DNA of 64,000 nucleotides from Candidatus Gastranaerophilales bacterium (lineage in GTDB: Bacteria; Cyanobacteriota; Vampirovibrionia; Gastranaerophilales; Gastranaerophilaceae): assembly GCA_910587245.1 (NCBI GenBank), contig CAJULX010000010.1, positions 5,069 to 69,068 on the forward strand, read 5' to 3'. Of this stretch, positions 20,702 through 30,440 are shown piece by piece (the first letter of the stretch is position 1; the number at the start of each line of letters is the position of its first letter). The position numbers and the translations under genes were made by a program. The notes beneath the pieces are model-generated. The model worked only from the letters and a program-made list of their open reading frames with translations, was not told the DNA's origin and ran no database searches.

Positions 20702-22098
20702 GAAAACTTTTTATTACCTGTTTGGTTTTTTTGAGTCTTTCTCTACAGTCTTTTGCATCTTTAAGTGCATCCATAAATGATGCTATTGATAATACGGGGC
20801 TCGGGCGCAATTCCGTAATTTCTGTTGTTGTTAAAGATTTAAACACAAATGAAACTCTTTATTCAAAACATCCAAATACTTATTTAAACCCCGCATCATC
20901 GTTAAAAGTTTTTACGACGGCTGCGGCTCTTGATACACTTGGAGATAAATACCATTTTGAAACCATAATATATATCGACACGGATAAAAATCTTTATTTA
21001 AAATTAGGTGCCGATCCTTTATTTACATCTGCAAATCTTGATGAACTTATTAAAACTTTAAAAAAAGTTTACACAGGAAAAATTAAGCATTTTTACATAG
21101 ATGATACCGTGATTGATAAGGTTTACTATCCTGATGGCTGGGCTGCAGATGATTTCTGGCCAAATTCTCCGAAGATTTCACCTTATATAATTGATGACAA
21201 TACGGTTACGGTTAATTTTTCCGTCTTAAAAGAAAAAAACGATATTAAAATATCTCAAAAAGATGATTATAAAATTTCTTTTATAAATGAACTTCAAATT
21301 TCAGATAAAACAAATATTACGCCTTCTTTGAATTATGGAGAAAACTCCGGCATAGTATCATTAAGGGGTACAATTTCGGGAGACTTAAATAAAGAATTTC
21401 CCGTGCTTGATACGGCACAGTTTTTTACATATAAATTAAGAAAAGCGCTTGATAATAACGGCATATCTTATTCAAAGCCTTTTTATCAAAAACGTGTGCC
21501 TGAAAATGCTAAAAGAATCGCATCCTACAGACGTCCAATCGGCGCAGTATTATCACATGTATTAAAAACAAGCGATAATTTTGCAGCTGAAGTTATATTT
21601 AAACTTGCAGGCGGTATTTGGGCAAAAAATGAAAACGAATACATAAAAAATGCTTATCAAGCCGATTTAACTTTAAATTCTGCAGGAACTCTTGAAAACG
21701 GCAGAAAAATGTTTTTTGATTACTATAAAAAAGCAGGCTTGATATCAGAAGATGATAAAATTAATCTTTCCGATGCATCAGGTGTTTCCAGATACAATGC
21801 TTTTACAACTTGCTGGATGGCTGATGTGCTTGCTTATCTTGATAAAAATTCAAAAATCAAAGATTATATGATAACGGCAGATGAAGGTACTTTGACAAGA
21901 AGAATGCGGGAATTAAAAGGCTCATTGCGTGCAAAAACCGGCACCATTTTCGGCGTGAGTTCTTTAACAGGATACTTAACTTCAAACAGCGGAAAAAATT
22001 ACGCTTTTTCTATAATAATTCAAAATTTTGGTGTACGTCCGTCTGTGGTTAAAGGGCTGGAAGATGATATAATATATGGAATATATTTTGCCGAATAG
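20695..22098 (+). CDS. dacB: D-alanyl-D-alanine carboxypeptidase/endopeptidase (PBP4, peptidase S13)
   Basis: 467 aa with a signal peptide and the ASSLK (SxxK), SDN and KTG motifs. Confidence 0.8.
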   Translation: MLRKLFITCLVFLSLSLQSFASLSASINDAIDNTGLGRNSVISVVVKDLNTNETLYSKHPNTYLNPASSLKVFTTAAALDTLGDKYHFETIIYIDTDKNLYLKLGADPLFTSANLDELIKTLKKVYTGKIKHFYIDDTVIDKVYYPDGWAADDFWPNSPKISPYIIDDNTVTVNFSVLKEKNDIKISQKDDYKISFINELQISDKTNITPSLNYGENSGIVSLRGTISGDLNKEFPVLDTAQFFTYKLRKALDNNGISYSKPFYQKRVPENAKRIASYRRPIGAVLSHVLKTSDNFAAEVIFKLAGGIWAKNENEYIKNAYQADLTLNSAGTLENGRKMFFDYYKKAGLISEDDKINLSDASGVSRYNAFTTCWMADVLAYLDKNSKIKDYMITADEGTLTRRMRELKGSLRAKTGTIFGVSSLTGYLTSNSGKNYAFSIIIQNFGVRPSVVKGLEDDIIYGIYFAE

Positions 22099-22102
22099 AA
22101 TT

Positions 22103-23311
22103 TTATACCGCGCAGATGCTTTGTTCTTCCTTTAGTTCCAGAACTTTTTTATTTAAAAGCTTGATTAAATCCGTATTGAAATTTGTCGTATATTCTAAAT
22201 CATTTAAATTATAGCCGTTTAAGAACAGAAATTTTGAAATTTTATAATTTTCCTTAAATATATTTTTAAAATCGCAAATTTTATCATAAATCTTAATGTC
22301 GATAAATTTTTTGTTTTCACACAAGAAAGACATCAGCTCCATCAGGATAATATAAGCATTTTTTATTCTGTCGTGTTTGATTTCATTATTTATTTTCATA
22401 AGCATGAGCTGAATTTCATAATATGTATTAAACAGATGTCTTCTTTTTTTAGGGTAAATTCTTTCAAAGTAATCTTTTGTGACACTGTAGCCCGTATGTG
22501 CCATTTCAGCTTTTTTATCGGCAGATATCATAAAGTCCACAACTGAAATATCAGGCAGATTAATTTTTATATAATCAAATTTATCTTTATCTTTATATAA
22601 ATCAATAATATAATCTGTTGCAAAACCCGAAATTGTATTATAAACAGCATTTAGATATCCTGCGGTATTTGATATATTTTTTTCGGTTTCATTATCTTCA
22701 AGACGGAATTCAAGAATCCTGCTTTCAATGCTTCTTATAGTTTCACTTACGCGCCACAAAGGCACGCATTTTACAAGATCACCGTCTACAAGGCAATCAT
22801 TACCGTCCATTACGGGTTTATACAGCCCAGGCATGCTGACGGATGCCCTGACTGCACTTGCAATTTCCGCGTCAGGTGTCTTTTGTCTGGAAAATTCATA
22901 AAAATTTAAATATCTTAAATTTACGGAAAATATCACAATTTCTTTATTTAAGTCTTTAAAAGTTACTGGGGGCATTTTACCTTTTGTATAATCTGAACCG
23001 TAAAATTTACTTTCGATTTTATCTCTCATCCAATCATAAAAATATCCGCCTTTTGAAAGTGCAAAATCACGCCCGAGGTTTAAATTGATATCTTTGAAAA
23101 AATCTATATTTATATCTTTAAAGACTATATCAATTTCATCTGCAGAATATCCGACAGCATAAAGCGAAGCTACAACGGCTCCGATAGATGAACCCGCCCA
23201 GCCTGTTATATTTAGCTTTAATTCTTCAATTGCTTTTAATACTCCCGTATAAGAGCAGCCTCTTATGCCGCCTCCGCCCAATATGCAAAAATATTCCAAA
23301 TTATTTATCAT
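22103..23311 (-). CDS. patatin-like phospholipase
   Basis: 402 aa. GGGGIRG forms the oxyanion loop, GSSIGA is the GxSxG motif and DGD supplies the catalytic Asp. The ~170-aa C-terminal extension is uncharacterised. Confidence 0.85.
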   Translation of the reverse strand: MINNLEYFCILGGGGIRGCSYTGVLKAIEELKLNITGWAGSSIGAVVASLYAVGYSADEIDIVFKDINIDFFKDINLNLGRDFALSKGGYFYDWMRDKIESKFYGSDYTKGKMPPVTFKDLNKEIVIFSVNLRYLNFYEFSRQKTPDAEIASAVRASVSMPGLYKPVMDGNDCLVDGDLVKCVPLWRVSETIRSIESRILEFRLEDNETEKNISNTAGYLNAVYNTISGFATDYIIDLYKDKDKFDYIKINLPDISVVDFMISADKKAEMAHTGYSVTKDYFERIYPKKRRHLFNTYYEIQLMLMKINNEIKHDRIKNAYIILMELMSFLCENKKFIDIKIYDKICDFKNIFKENYKISKFLFLNGYNLNDLEYTTNFNTDLIKLLNKKVLELKEEQSICAV

Positions 23312-23424
23312 TATTCTATTTTATACCAATTTTTAAATTTTGCTACCCGCTGATAAGTTCATAATTTGCAATTTATACGTGTTTTTAAATATAATATAAA
23401 TAACAGTTTATAGAGGAATATAAG

Positions 23425-24666
23425 ATGGCAGGGATGACTTTAGCTCAAAAAATTATATCAGAACATGCAGGACATGATGTAAAACCCGGAGAATTAGTTA
23501 TAGCAAAAGTTGATGTGGCCGCAGTTCAAGACGGCACAGGTCCTTTAACTATTCAGGAATTTAAAAAACTGGGCAAAGAAAAACTTGCTAATCCGAAAAG
23601 AACAATTTTATTTATTGACCATGCTGCTCCGAGCCCGAGAAAGGAGCTTTCAAATTCTCATCTTGTAATAAGAGAATTTGCAAAAGAATACGGTGCTGTG
23701 CTTTCGGATATAGGCGAAGGAGTTTGTCATCAAAGATTAATTGAAAGCTTTGTAAACCCCGGGGAAATCCTTGTGGGGGCAGATTCTCATACTTGCACAT
23801 CGGGCGCACTGGGTGCTTTTGCAACAGGCATGGGGTCCACGGATATTGCTGTTGCTTTTGCTCTCGGTAAAACCTGGCTAAAGGTGCCTGAAACATTTAA
23901 AATTGTTGTTGAAGGCGAATTTTGCCCCAATGTGACAAGTAAAGATTTAATGCTTTATTTAATCGGCATGATTGGAGCTGACGGCGCAACATACAAAGCA
24001 CTTGAATTTACGGGTTCTGCTATTAAAAATATGTCAATGTCTCAAAGATTTACGCTTGCAAATATGGCGGTTGAAGCAGGGGCGAAATGCGGATTGTTCG
24101 AAGCGGATGAAAAAACGCGTGAATTTTTAAAAGAGCATAACAGAGAAGCTGATTTTAGAGAAATTAAAGCAGATTCCGATGCAGAATATGAAAGAATTAT
24201 TGAAATAAAAGCAGAGGATGTGCCTTGTACGGTTTCTTGCCCGCACACCGTTGATAATACAAAACCCGCAAGGGAATTAAATAATGTTAAAGTAAATCAG
24301 GTATTTGTGGGTACTTGTACAAACGGCAGAATTGAAGATTTAAGAGTGGTTGCAAATGTATTAAAGGGCAAGAAAAAACACCCTGATGTGCGCCTTATTA
24401 TAGTTCCCGCTTCTCCTACAGTCTTTAAACAAGCAGCGGATGAGGGTTTGTTGAATATATTTGTAGATGCGGGTGCTTCGTTTTTACCTTCAGGATGCGG
24501 ACCATGCGTCGGGGTGCATGGCGGAATACTCGGGGACGGAGAAGTGTGTCTTGCAACGCAAAACAGGAATTTTCAAGGCAGAATGGGTAATACCAAAGGC
24601 TTTATCTATCTTGCTTCGCCTTATGTTGCGGCAAAATCTGCAATTGCAGGATATATAACGGATTAA
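23425..24666 (+). CDS. aconitase-family dehydratase large subunit (LeuC/HacA type), copy 2
   Basis: 413 aa with GADSHTC, GTCTNGR and CGPCVG. It is a clear paralogue of 18576..19841. Confidence 0.85.
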   Translation: MAGMTLAQKIISEHAGHDVKPGELVIAKVDVAAVQDGTGPLTIQEFKKLGKEKLANPKRTILFIDHAAPSPRKELSNSHLVIREFAKEYGAVLSDIGEGVCHQRLIESFVNPGEILVGADSHTCTSGALGAFATGMGSTDIAVAFALGKTWLKVPETFKIVVEGEFCPNVTSKDLMLYLIGMIGADGATYKALEFTGSAIKNMSMSQRFTLANMAVEAGAKCGLFEADEKTREFLKEHNREADFREIKADSDAEYERIIEIKAEDVPCTVSCPHTVDNTKPARELNNVKVNQVFVGTCTNGRIEDLRVVANVLKGKKKHPDVRLIIVPASPTVFKQAADEGLLNIFVDAGASFLPSGCGPCVGVHGGILGDGEVCLATQNRNFQGRMGNTKGFIYLASPYVAAKSAIAGYITD

Positions 24667-24812
24667 TTATTTAGCTTGATTTTTAAGCTTATTGATGATA
24701 TTTTTATTATATCGTAACGGCCTGCCGGCACCTTGCAGATAGTGAAATCAGTCAAATATCACTTTTGCGGTAAACGAGTGGTTGCAGGCTTGTAAAATTC
24801 AAAAGTCGTCAC

Positions 24813-24884
<72 letters not shown>

Positions 24885-24963
24885 ATTTTCCCTCCTGATT
24901 AAAGGAGGTTTTTAGTACTTAAATTATTAAGGTATTATTTAAGGAAAGATAAAAGAAATCGAA

Positions 24964-26286
24964 ATGGAGAGAGTGAGTATTATGAATGATATAAATAAGT
25001 TTGTATCCAAAATAATACCTTTTAATTTTTTGCATAATATTTTTTCAATAAAAAACTATGACCACAAGCATAAAATTATAACCATATTGGGAGTTAAGCT
25101 GAAAGTAAGACGAAAATATGGAAGAAAGTATATAAAAAAATATTATTCTTATTTATCGAGTGGGGCAAATTTTTCCAAGGAACGTTTTGTTTCAATAACT
25201 GATTCACCTTGCAATAATAGCAGTACCGTAAGGCCCATTGCATTTTATTTGCCTCAATTTCATACAATAGAGCTAAATGATCAAAATTTTGGCAAGGGCT
25301 TTACGGAATGGTGTAATGTTACAAAAGCAATACCCCAATTTGCAGGACATAACCAGCCACATATACCCTATGATATTGGTTTTTATAACTTATCGAATGA
25401 TGATATAATGACAAGACAAATTGAGCTTGCAAAATTATATGGAATATATGGTTTTTGTTTCCACTATTACTGGTTTTCAGGCAAGAGACTGTTAGAAAAA
25501 CCTATATTTAATTACTTAAATAATAAAGATTTAAATTTTCCATTTTGTTTATGTTGGGCTAATGAAAACTGGTCTAAGCTATGGGATGGCGGTAACAAGG
25601 AAATCATCATGAAACAACAGCTTAAAGATGAAGATGATTCCAAGTTTTTTTATGATATATTACCCTTTTTAAAGGACGAAAGATACATCAAAATTGGCAA
25701 TAAACCAATTTTGATAATTTATCGCTTAGGCTTGTTTGAAAAAGAAAGGGTTGATTTATTTATAAAAAATATCAAAGTTTTAGCAAAGAAAGAAGGTTTT
25801 GAAGATCTTTATATTATTGGTGCAAAAACTTTTGATACACATATTGATGCTAACTATTTAGTAGATGCTGCCGTTGAGTTCCCGCCTCATTTCTTAGGAA
25901 ACATAGCTAAGAAAGCAAACGTTGGTTATATAAATCCAAACTTTGTGGGTAATATTGTTGATATAGATACTTATGTTAAATTTGATTGTATAGCAGAAGA
26001 TAATAATAAGCTTTTTAAAACAGTATTTCCTTCTTGGGATAATACTGCAAGAAAAGCAAGAAGTGGCGCTTCGGTTTTTCTGCTTGAGCCTGATTTATAT
26101 AAGATTTGGCTTAAAAATATTATAAAGTGGACTAAGATTAATCATTATAATGAACAAGAAAGATTTATATTTATAAATGCTTGGAATGAATGGGCAGAAG
26201 GAGCACATCTTGAACCCGATCAGCGTTATGGGTATGCATATTTGCAGGCAACAAAAGAAGCTTTAGAAGAAGAAAATGATGTCTAA
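24964..26286 (+). CDS. WbsX / GH99-like polysaccharide biosynthesis protein
   Basis: 440 aa with the motifs PIAFYLPQFH, GKGFTEW, ANENWSK and AWNEWAEG. Confidence 0.75.
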   Translation: MERVSIMNDINKFVSKIIPFNFLHNIFSIKNYDHKHKIITILGVKLKVRRKYGRKYIKKYYSYLSSGANFSKERFVSITDSPCNNSSTVRPIAFYLPQFHTIELNDQNFGKGFTEWCNVTKAIPQFAGHNQPHIPYDIGFYNLSNDDIMTRQIELAKLYGIYGFCFHYYWFSGKRLLEKPIFNYLNNKDLNFPFCLCWANENWSKLWDGGNKEIIMKQQLKDEDDSKFFYDILPFLKDERYIKIGNKPILIIYRLGLFEKERVDLFIKNIKVLAKKEGFEDLYIIGAKTFDTHIDANYLVDAAVEFPPHFLGNIAKKANVGYINPNFVGNIVDIDTYVKFDCIAEDNNKLFKTVFPSWDNTARKARSGASVFLLEPDLYKIWLKNIIKWTKINHYNEQERFIFINAWNEWAEGAHLEPDQRYGYAYLQATKEALEEENDV

Positions 26287-26359
26287 ATAGTGTTGCGATT
26301 TTGAATATCAAATAACAGCAAGGCTGTGAGAATCTTGGTTTTATTATGGTAAATTAGGC

Positions 26360-27520
26360 ATGGCTATCATGATTAAAAAAATAATAAAGAAAATAAAAGA
26401 AAGAATAGTTAAAAAGCATATCTTCAATAGGATAAAAAAGGATGACAAAATCTTATTTGTGACAAGAGTTGATCTTATTGGTGATTATGTTGCAAGTAAG
26501 GATTTCCTGCGAATTTTAAGAAATTCAAATAGGTTTAAAAATTATAAAATTATTTTGTGTGCAAATAAGTCGGTAAAAGATTTTATTTTGGATTTTGATA
26601 AAAAATATATTGATATGTATATAGAGTTTGATACTTGCAGATATATACAACATGTCTATAGAAAATATTTATATAAAGCAATTAATAAATACAAATACGA
26701 GTATGTATTAAATTATATGTCAGTACGCAATGAATGGTCTGAAGAAATTATTAAACACATTAAAACCGGTATTAAGTATGGTATTGTGGGTAAAGATTGG
26801 AACCTTGGGGCTGGAAAAAAGCAAACATATGACAAATGCTATGATAAATTATTTGATACAACTTGTGAATATGATTTATGTGGTCTTGAATTTATAAACT
26901 TGCTTACAAATGCGAATGAAGATGATAAAAAATACATTCATCATTTTGAATTGAACCCGAAAACATTGGAAAAATTTCGGGAAAAATACAGTAAACCTTA
27001 TGCAGTTATTTTTCCTTCTGCAAGTGAAAAAAAGAAGCGAATGCCATTTGATAAATATATTCAATTAATGAAATTCTTATATGATAAATATCGCATAATT
27101 TCATTTATTTTGGGTAGCAAAAAAGATAACGAAATTTTGCAGGATTACAATATAAATGCTTTGCCGTACATTATAAATCTTTGTGGCAAGTACAAATTAT
27201 CTCAGCTTCCTTACTTCTTTAAAAATGCAAAAATGGTATTAACAAATGATACCTGTGCAATGCATATTGCCAGATGTGTTAATACAAACTCTATTGTTTT
27301 TTCCAATGTTCATTTTCCTAATGCTCCTTGTTTAAATGTTATAAAAAACGAAAATGAGGATATCTATTTATGGAATCGCGATAGCTGGTTTATAATTAAT
27401 CCTCAAGATTTCTACTATGATTTAATTAGTAATAAACCAATAAAGCCTGAATACGCTATTGAAAATATAGAATTAAATAATGCTTTTTATGCAATAAAAT
27501 TATTGTTATCAGAGATGTAA
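26360..27520 (+). CDS. probable family 9 glycosyltransferase (heptosyltransferase-like)
   Basis: 386 aa. The C-terminal LTNDTCAMHIA resembles the GT9 donor-site motif. The rest of the protein is weakly diagnostic. Confidence 0.55.
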   Translation: MAIMIKKIIKKIKERIVKKHIFNRIKKDDKILFVTRVDLIGDYVASKDFLRILRNSNRFKNYKIILCANKSVKDFILDFDKKYIDMYIEFDTCRYIQHVYRKYLYKAINKYKYEYVLNYMSVRNEWSEEIIKHIKTGIKYGIVGKDWNLGAGKKQTYDKCYDKLFDTTCEYDLCGLEFINLLTNANEDDKKYIHHFELNPKTLEKFREKYSKPYAVIFPSASEKKKRMPFDKYIQLMKFLYDKYRIISFILGSKKDNEILQDYNINALPYIINLCGKYKLSQLPYFFKNAKMVLTNDTCAMHIARCVNTNSIVFSNVHFPNAPCLNVIKNENEDIYLWNRDSWFIINPQDFYYDLISNKPIKPEYAIENIELNNAFYAIKLLLSEM

Positions 27521-27570
27521 CTATATTTTTAGTGAGTATCTAATTGTATCATATAGTATTATTTTGCATT

Positions 27571-27600
27571 AAAGCCCTTTGAGGATTTTTAAAGGGCTTT
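27571..27600. terminator. bidirectional hairpin between convergent GT9 gene and tRNA-Pro
   Basis: AAAGCCCTTT-N10-AAAGGGCTTT, flanked by A/T runs. Confidence 0.55.
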
Positions 27601-27613
27601 AATAAATAAAAAC

Positions 27614-27687
27614 TCGGGATGACAAGATTCGAACTTGCGACCCCCGCGACCCGAACACGGTGCGCTACCAAGCTGCGCTACATCCCG
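27614..27687 (-). tRNA. tRNA-Pro (CGG)
   Basis: 74-nt cloverleaf on the reverse strand with acceptor CGGGATG/CATCCCG, anticodon loop TTCGGGT and T-loop TTCGAAT. ORF 27619..27804 is its antisense artefact. Confidence 0.9.
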
Positions 27688-27753
27688 ATAAAATCTTTGG
27701 TTTATAGCGCACTCGGTGCTTTATTCCTTTTGACAAGCTGGACGCTTATCAAG

Positions 27754-27772
27754 GCTGCGCTACATCCCGATA
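27754..27772 (-). repeat. 19-nt exact upstream copy of the tRNA-Pro 5' end
   Basis: GCTGCGCTACATCCCGATA occurs at 27672-27690 (inside and just before the tRNA) and again at 27754-27772. Confidence 0.85.
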
Positions 27773-27877
27773 TTAATTTAAGTTATTTGATTGTAATAAA
27801 TTAGTGTGCAATTTTAACAACTGCACACTAATTTTACCATTATAAAATTTTGCTTGCAAGCAATTTTAAGCAAAATA

Positions 27878-28240
27878 CTATTTTAATAGATTGTCATCAT
27901 CTACTTTTGGAAGATTGTAATTTGTTGAAACCAAATTAATCATTTTGAATGTATCTGTTTCATCTTCTTTATTTGAGTTTATTTCTTTTTTTGTATCATT
28001 TGCAGCTGTGAGCATTTTTTCGGGTTCATCGGCTTCAGGCAGGCTGTAACCTGTTTTTATCAAATCTACCATTCCGCTTTTAGGTGTATATGTATTTTTT
28101 AATTCCGCATCCTTTGATAAAGCGTGTCCTGTCGTGTTTTTTGAGATGAGCTCCATCTCTTTTAAAATATACGGCGCCTTATATTGCGCTATTAAAAAAT
28201 TAATATCAAAGATACTTTTTTCATTTCTTCCTGATTTCAT
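27878..28240 (-). CDS. hypothetical acidic protein with duplicated Y-x-LP-x-x-D motif
   Basis: 120-aa ORF downstream of the radical SAM gene. It contains GYSLPEADEPE and NYNLPKVDDDN. Confidence 0.45.
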   Translation of the reverse strand: MKSGRNEKSIFDINFLIAQYKAPYILKEMELISKNTTGHALSKDAELKNTYTPKSGMVDLIKTGYSLPEADEPEKMLTAANDTKKEINSNKEDETDTFKMINLVSTNYNLPKVDDDNLLK

Positions 28241-28318
28241 TTTTACCCCTTCGGTTGTTTATATAATAAATTACGGCACAAAAGGCAAAAATATTTAGTA
28301 AATGTTAAGAAATGAAAA

Positions 28319-29287
28319 CTATTTTTTTAAAAACCGTCCCTGTTCAAGCTTTGCTTTTAAAATATCAAAATTTTTTAAAATAAGATATGGAAGAAAAACA
28401 GTATTTTTGATAAAGAAAAGAAACGCCAAAGGCAGATTTGAGTGTTTTAAATCAAGCATGTTGAAGCTTATTGGTTTCGGGCATGTACATTTTGAATTCA
28501 TACACGGCATAGCACTATCAAACATTTTGAAATTTTTATCCTTAATATTTCCAAGGCAGTGTGCTTTATTGAATCTTGAACTGTAGCATCTGTAAGCATC
28601 ACCGTTTTCATATATCAGTAAAAATTTAAAGCCCGCATTGCACATTTTGGAAAACGTATTTAGCACCCGTCCCGGTTCAATTGCTGCATTTTCCGCCAAA
28701 AATTTCGCCGCTTCTTCTTTATATTCAACATAAGAATTTTTAATGCGCATATGCTGCAGGCAAAAATTAACTCCTGCTTCTTTTAAAAATTCTACCATAT
28801 CCTTCAGCACATTGCAGTTTTCATCCGAAAGCACCGCACCTGTTGAAAATTTTGTATTTGCAGGCTTGTAATTTTTAAATTCAATAATTTTATTTTTAAA
28901 TTCATCAATATTTTTCACCTGGCTGAAATGAAATGAAACGAAAAGCTCGTTCAGGTTTTCACCCATAATATCAACAATTTTTTTGTATTCGTTTATGGGG
29001 TATGAAAAATTTGAAATAACGGAAAGTTTTAAGTTTTGTTTTTTGATTTCCTGAATTACCTCGAAAAATCTTGGGTGGCAAAGCGGTTCTCCGCCTGAAA
29101 TTGTTATTTCAAAATCTTTATCAAGAGTCTTAATAAATTTTAAAAATGCTTCAATTGTTTCATCGCTTGAATGGAGTGTATTTTTATAGAATTTTTTAGA
29201 TTGTGAACAGTATTCGCATCTGTAGTTGCATTTTTGAGTTATTAAAAAATCAACACAGGGGCGTATTTTTCCTTTATTATTCTCCAT
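28319..29287 (-). CDS. radical SAM protein with Cys-rich C-terminal (SPASM-like) region
   Basis: 322 aa with the CNYRCEYC (CxxxCxxC) cluster. C-terminal cysteines are in CNAGF, YRCY, HCLG and CMNSKCTCP. Confidence 0.8.
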   Translation of the reverse strand: MENNKGKIRPCVDFLITQKCNYRCEYCSQSKKFYKNTLHSSDETIEAFLKFIKTLDKDFEITISGGEPLCHPRFFEVIQEIKKQNLKLSVISNFSYPINEYKKIVDIMGENLNELFVSFHFSQVKNIDEFKNKIIEFKNYKPANTKFSTGAVLSDENCNVLKDMVEFLKEAGVNFCLQHMRIKNSYVEYKEEAAKFLAENAAIEPGRVLNTFSKMCNAGFKFLLIYENGDAYRCYSSRFNKAHCLGNIKDKNFKMFDSAMPCMNSKCTCPKPISFNMLDLKHSNLPLAFLFFIKNTVFLPYLILKNFDILKAKLEQGRFLKK

Positions 29288-29385
29288 TAAAACCCCGAAA
29301 AAACTATTCTCTTTAAAAGAATTATATTACAAAAGACAAAATTTTGTATTTACGTATTTTATTTTACTACACAGTGAGATAAGAT

Positions 29386-30429
29386 ATGAAGATTAATTTC
29401 GCAAATTTTAATAAATTTGGCAGTATGGCATTGTGCCCCATAAAAAACGATTTACCTTCTTCTTGCGGATTGGAAAGAGTACCGTATGAAGATACTTTTG
29501 TATCAAAACCAAGCAAGATGACAACTTTTTATAACGGCAAAAGAAAAATGCAGGGAGAAGTTGTAAAAAATTTTCAATTGGAAGATGAAAAAGGCGGCAA
29601 AAGATGTGTAAGTATAATTCAATACGGGGATGATTCCAATTTTTATGCACTTTGTTTGAATAATAAAGAGAAAAAGAATGCAATTTGCACTATGGAAGCC
29701 CATGATGCAGGAGATTGTTATTATATTGATTCTATAACAAGATTTGGCAGACATCCTGAAATCAGGGGAGCGGGCACAGAATTATTGAAATTTGCGGCAG
29801 AATTAAGCATAGATAAGGGATACGGCGGAGCAGTAAAACTCTTTGCCATTTCTTCTTTTCCTTTCTATTTTAAAAATAATTTCAGGGTTGCAAAAAACTT
29901 TTTATCATCCGAGCGGGATGCATACTACAGTTATATAACAAGAAATCCGACCAATCTTCATAAGGGGCTGCCTTCTATTTGGTGTGATATGGATTTTGAA
30001 CTCAGTGAAGATAATGCTGCGGCACTTTTAAATGACGAAAGACTTTATGAAAATGATTTTTTTGAAACCGAATATAATAAAACATTGCACTATAACAACG
30101 ATTCCGGCAGTCACAGTATAAAATTTGACGCCGATATTTGCGAAACTACAAATTCCGACTTTTTGCAGGATGGAGATAAGGAATACGTTATTCAGCTTAT
30201 TCAAAAAAATCCTGAACAAATATTTCCGATTGGTGCTCTAAAGATGAAATTGTGCGAAGATGGAGAAGGTAAAAAGTATTTAAATGTCAGCAATATCAGT
30301 ATTAATGATACTGCACCGGCACCTAACGGCGGTAATGCCTGCGAAGTAATTAAAAAGGAATTATTTAAAATTGCAGACGAGAAGATGAAAGAACTGGGTG
30401 CTGAATATTTGAAGTATTGTGTTTATTAA
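29386..30429 (+). CDS. hypothetical protein, possible GNAT-like acetyltransferase core
   Basis: 347 aa. IRGAGTELLKFAAELS resembles GNAT motif A (R-x-x-G-x-G). This is weak evidence. Confidence 0.4.
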   Translation: MKINFANFNKFGSMALCPIKNDLPSSCGLERVPYEDTFVSKPSKMTTFYNGKRKMQGEVVKNFQLEDEKGGKRCVSIIQYGDDSNFYALCLNNKEKKNAICTMEAHDAGDCYYIDSITRFGRHPEIRGAGTELLKFAAELSIDKGYGGAVKLFAISSFPFYFKNNFRVAKNFLSSERDAYYSYITRNPTNLHKGLPSIWCDMDFELSEDNAAALLNDERLYENDFFETEYNKTLHYNNDSGSHSIKFDADICETTNSDFLQDGDKEYVIQLIQKNPEQIFPIGALKMKLCEDGEGKKYLNVSNISINDTAPAPNGGNACEVIKKELFKIADEKMKELGAEYLKYCVY

Positions 30430-30440
30430 AATTTGCGGCA

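Noticed and set aside
27690-27772. A second tRNA gene upstream of tRNA-Pro (and likewise upstream of tRNA-Ala)
   Set aside because: After the acceptor and D-arm-like start, no anticodon or T arm can be paired, so the sequence does not fold as a cloverleaf.
27619-27804. 61-aa ORF MTRFELATPATRTRCATKLRYIP
   Set aside because: It is the antisense translation of tRNA-Pro and its upstream partial copy.
28302-28586. Plus-strand ORF 28302..28586
   Set aside because: It is fully overlapped by the radical SAM gene, which has the diagnostic CxxxCxxC motif on the minus strand.
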